In this document: piece by piece, positions 62,866 to 64,000 of the stretch
Layout of the letters: each line of letters starts with the position of its first letter
Position numbering within the stretch: position 1 is the stretch's first letter
Origin: Haliotis cracherodii
Taxonomy: Eukaryota
NCBI RefSeq assembly: GCF_022045235.1
Contig: NW_027266297.1
Coordinates: forward strand, 30,752,001-30,816,000
Reading direction: 5' to 3'
DNA: 64,000 bases
Notes under the pieces: generated by a model
The model's database searches: none
What the model was told of the DNA's origin: nothing
The model's input: the letters and a program-made list of their open reading frames with translations, nothing else
Translations under genes and position numbers: made by a program

Positions 62866-63799
62866 TAGAACCTGAGATTTATTTGTATACAATGACTTTC
62901 AGACCATATCGTTCAGTATTTATACGTGTATGCCCATTACGGAACAATGAAAATTGAAAATGAATATCTCCATTTATCCCTTCTATTATGACAAAAACAA
63001 TACCTCTCATCTTTTATATTTGTCTGAAACACTTAAAATGAAACTCTTCCTCACAAATGAAATAAAGTTATGCATATATACCATGTCTACAGGAAGCACA
63101 TTATAACGATAGGCGCAAGGATAATACAAGTATTATATTGTACATATTTTGAACTTATGTATATGGTCCGATGGCCTAGAATACAATATGCTTCTAGACT
63201 ATTTCTCGATCAAGTTTATTAAATAAGATGATACTCCTACGATACAGGCTACAGAATATATAACATATATGTGAATTCCCTCAATAAATTACAGACACCA
63301 CGTTGTGTATTATATAAAACACCTCATAAACTGCATCACGTGACAAAGAGGCCCCCATGTCAGCGACTGTCAATGTGCCCATCACTCCCTCTTGTTGTGT
63401 TGTAATACAACATTACAGGGATACCTAGACGCATTCGTGGCATGCTACCTGGGTCTTATGTTCTTTTGATTCATATTGAATACAATCATGTGGACATCCG
63501 TCGTTCCTCTGAAGCTGTTAAGGTATATCTAACTTACCAGTGAAATTACACAGAACGCGTTGTTCGTAGTATGTTTAAAACAGCATTGATTTCGTTAGAA
63601 CGATATACGAATATTTTTTAGAAGACCAACATTTTGATTTACAAATATAAATAAATCTGTAACAGGCATTGAGTTATATTATATACACTTATTATTTATG
63701 TGTGGTAGATAGTTTCTGAGAGTATTAATGATCAATAAAGAAATGTGACTTATTTTGTTACATCAGTATCAGATCCTATCAAGTATCTAAAAGTATTTC

Positions 63800-63967
63800 G
63801 GGGCGGTCGGGTATCCTCGTGGTTAAAGCGTTCGCTCGTCACGCCGAAGACCTGGGTTCGATTCCCGACATGGGTACAATGTGTGAAGCCCATTTGTGGT
63901 GTCCCCCGCCGTGATATTGCTGGAATATTGCTAAAAGCGGCGTAAAAATCTAACTCACCCATTCACT
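63800..63967 (+). mobile_element. S1 SINE
   Basis: S1 consensus. Confidence 0.85.
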
Positions 63968-64000
63968 CTGAACGTGTTGGTGAAGACAAATGGGATTTAA

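Larger units (their letters stand above)
60084..64000. repeat. Tandem segmental duplicate of 53152-56897 (B unit 3' flank)
   Basis: Near-identical sequence and TE order. Confidence 0.92.

Overview
This is AT-rich animal genomic DNA. The SINE and Penelope-like repeat repertoire resembles that of gastropod molluscs such as abalone (inference, not proven). The core content is a tandem and inverted cluster of small, intron-containing genes for secreted, cysteine-free, low-complexity proteins ending in a ~75-aa domain that is ~28% methionine. The ORF track shows only their last exons. Each gene has a TATA box, a non-coding exon 1, a 49-52 nt signal-peptide exon and phase-1 'A|Q' coding exon(s). 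Subfamily A (159 aa) has copies A1 (minus, cut by the window start), A2 (minus), a 3'-only remnant at 11.3 kb, and A3, A4, A5 (plus), arranged as a large inverted repeat of ~7 kb tandem units. An ~5 kb 81-bp satellite separates it from subfamily B: B1 (154 aa), B2 and B3 (188 aa, with an extra exon), plus an inverted paralog that has lost the Met domain. The rest is several SINE families, Naiad-like Penelope RT remnants, a Penelope-like insertion containing a nested 5'-truncated RT/RNase H LINE, MITEs, microsatellites and one N gap. No gene symbol could be assigned, and function (e.g. shell matrix or secreted structural protein) is inference.
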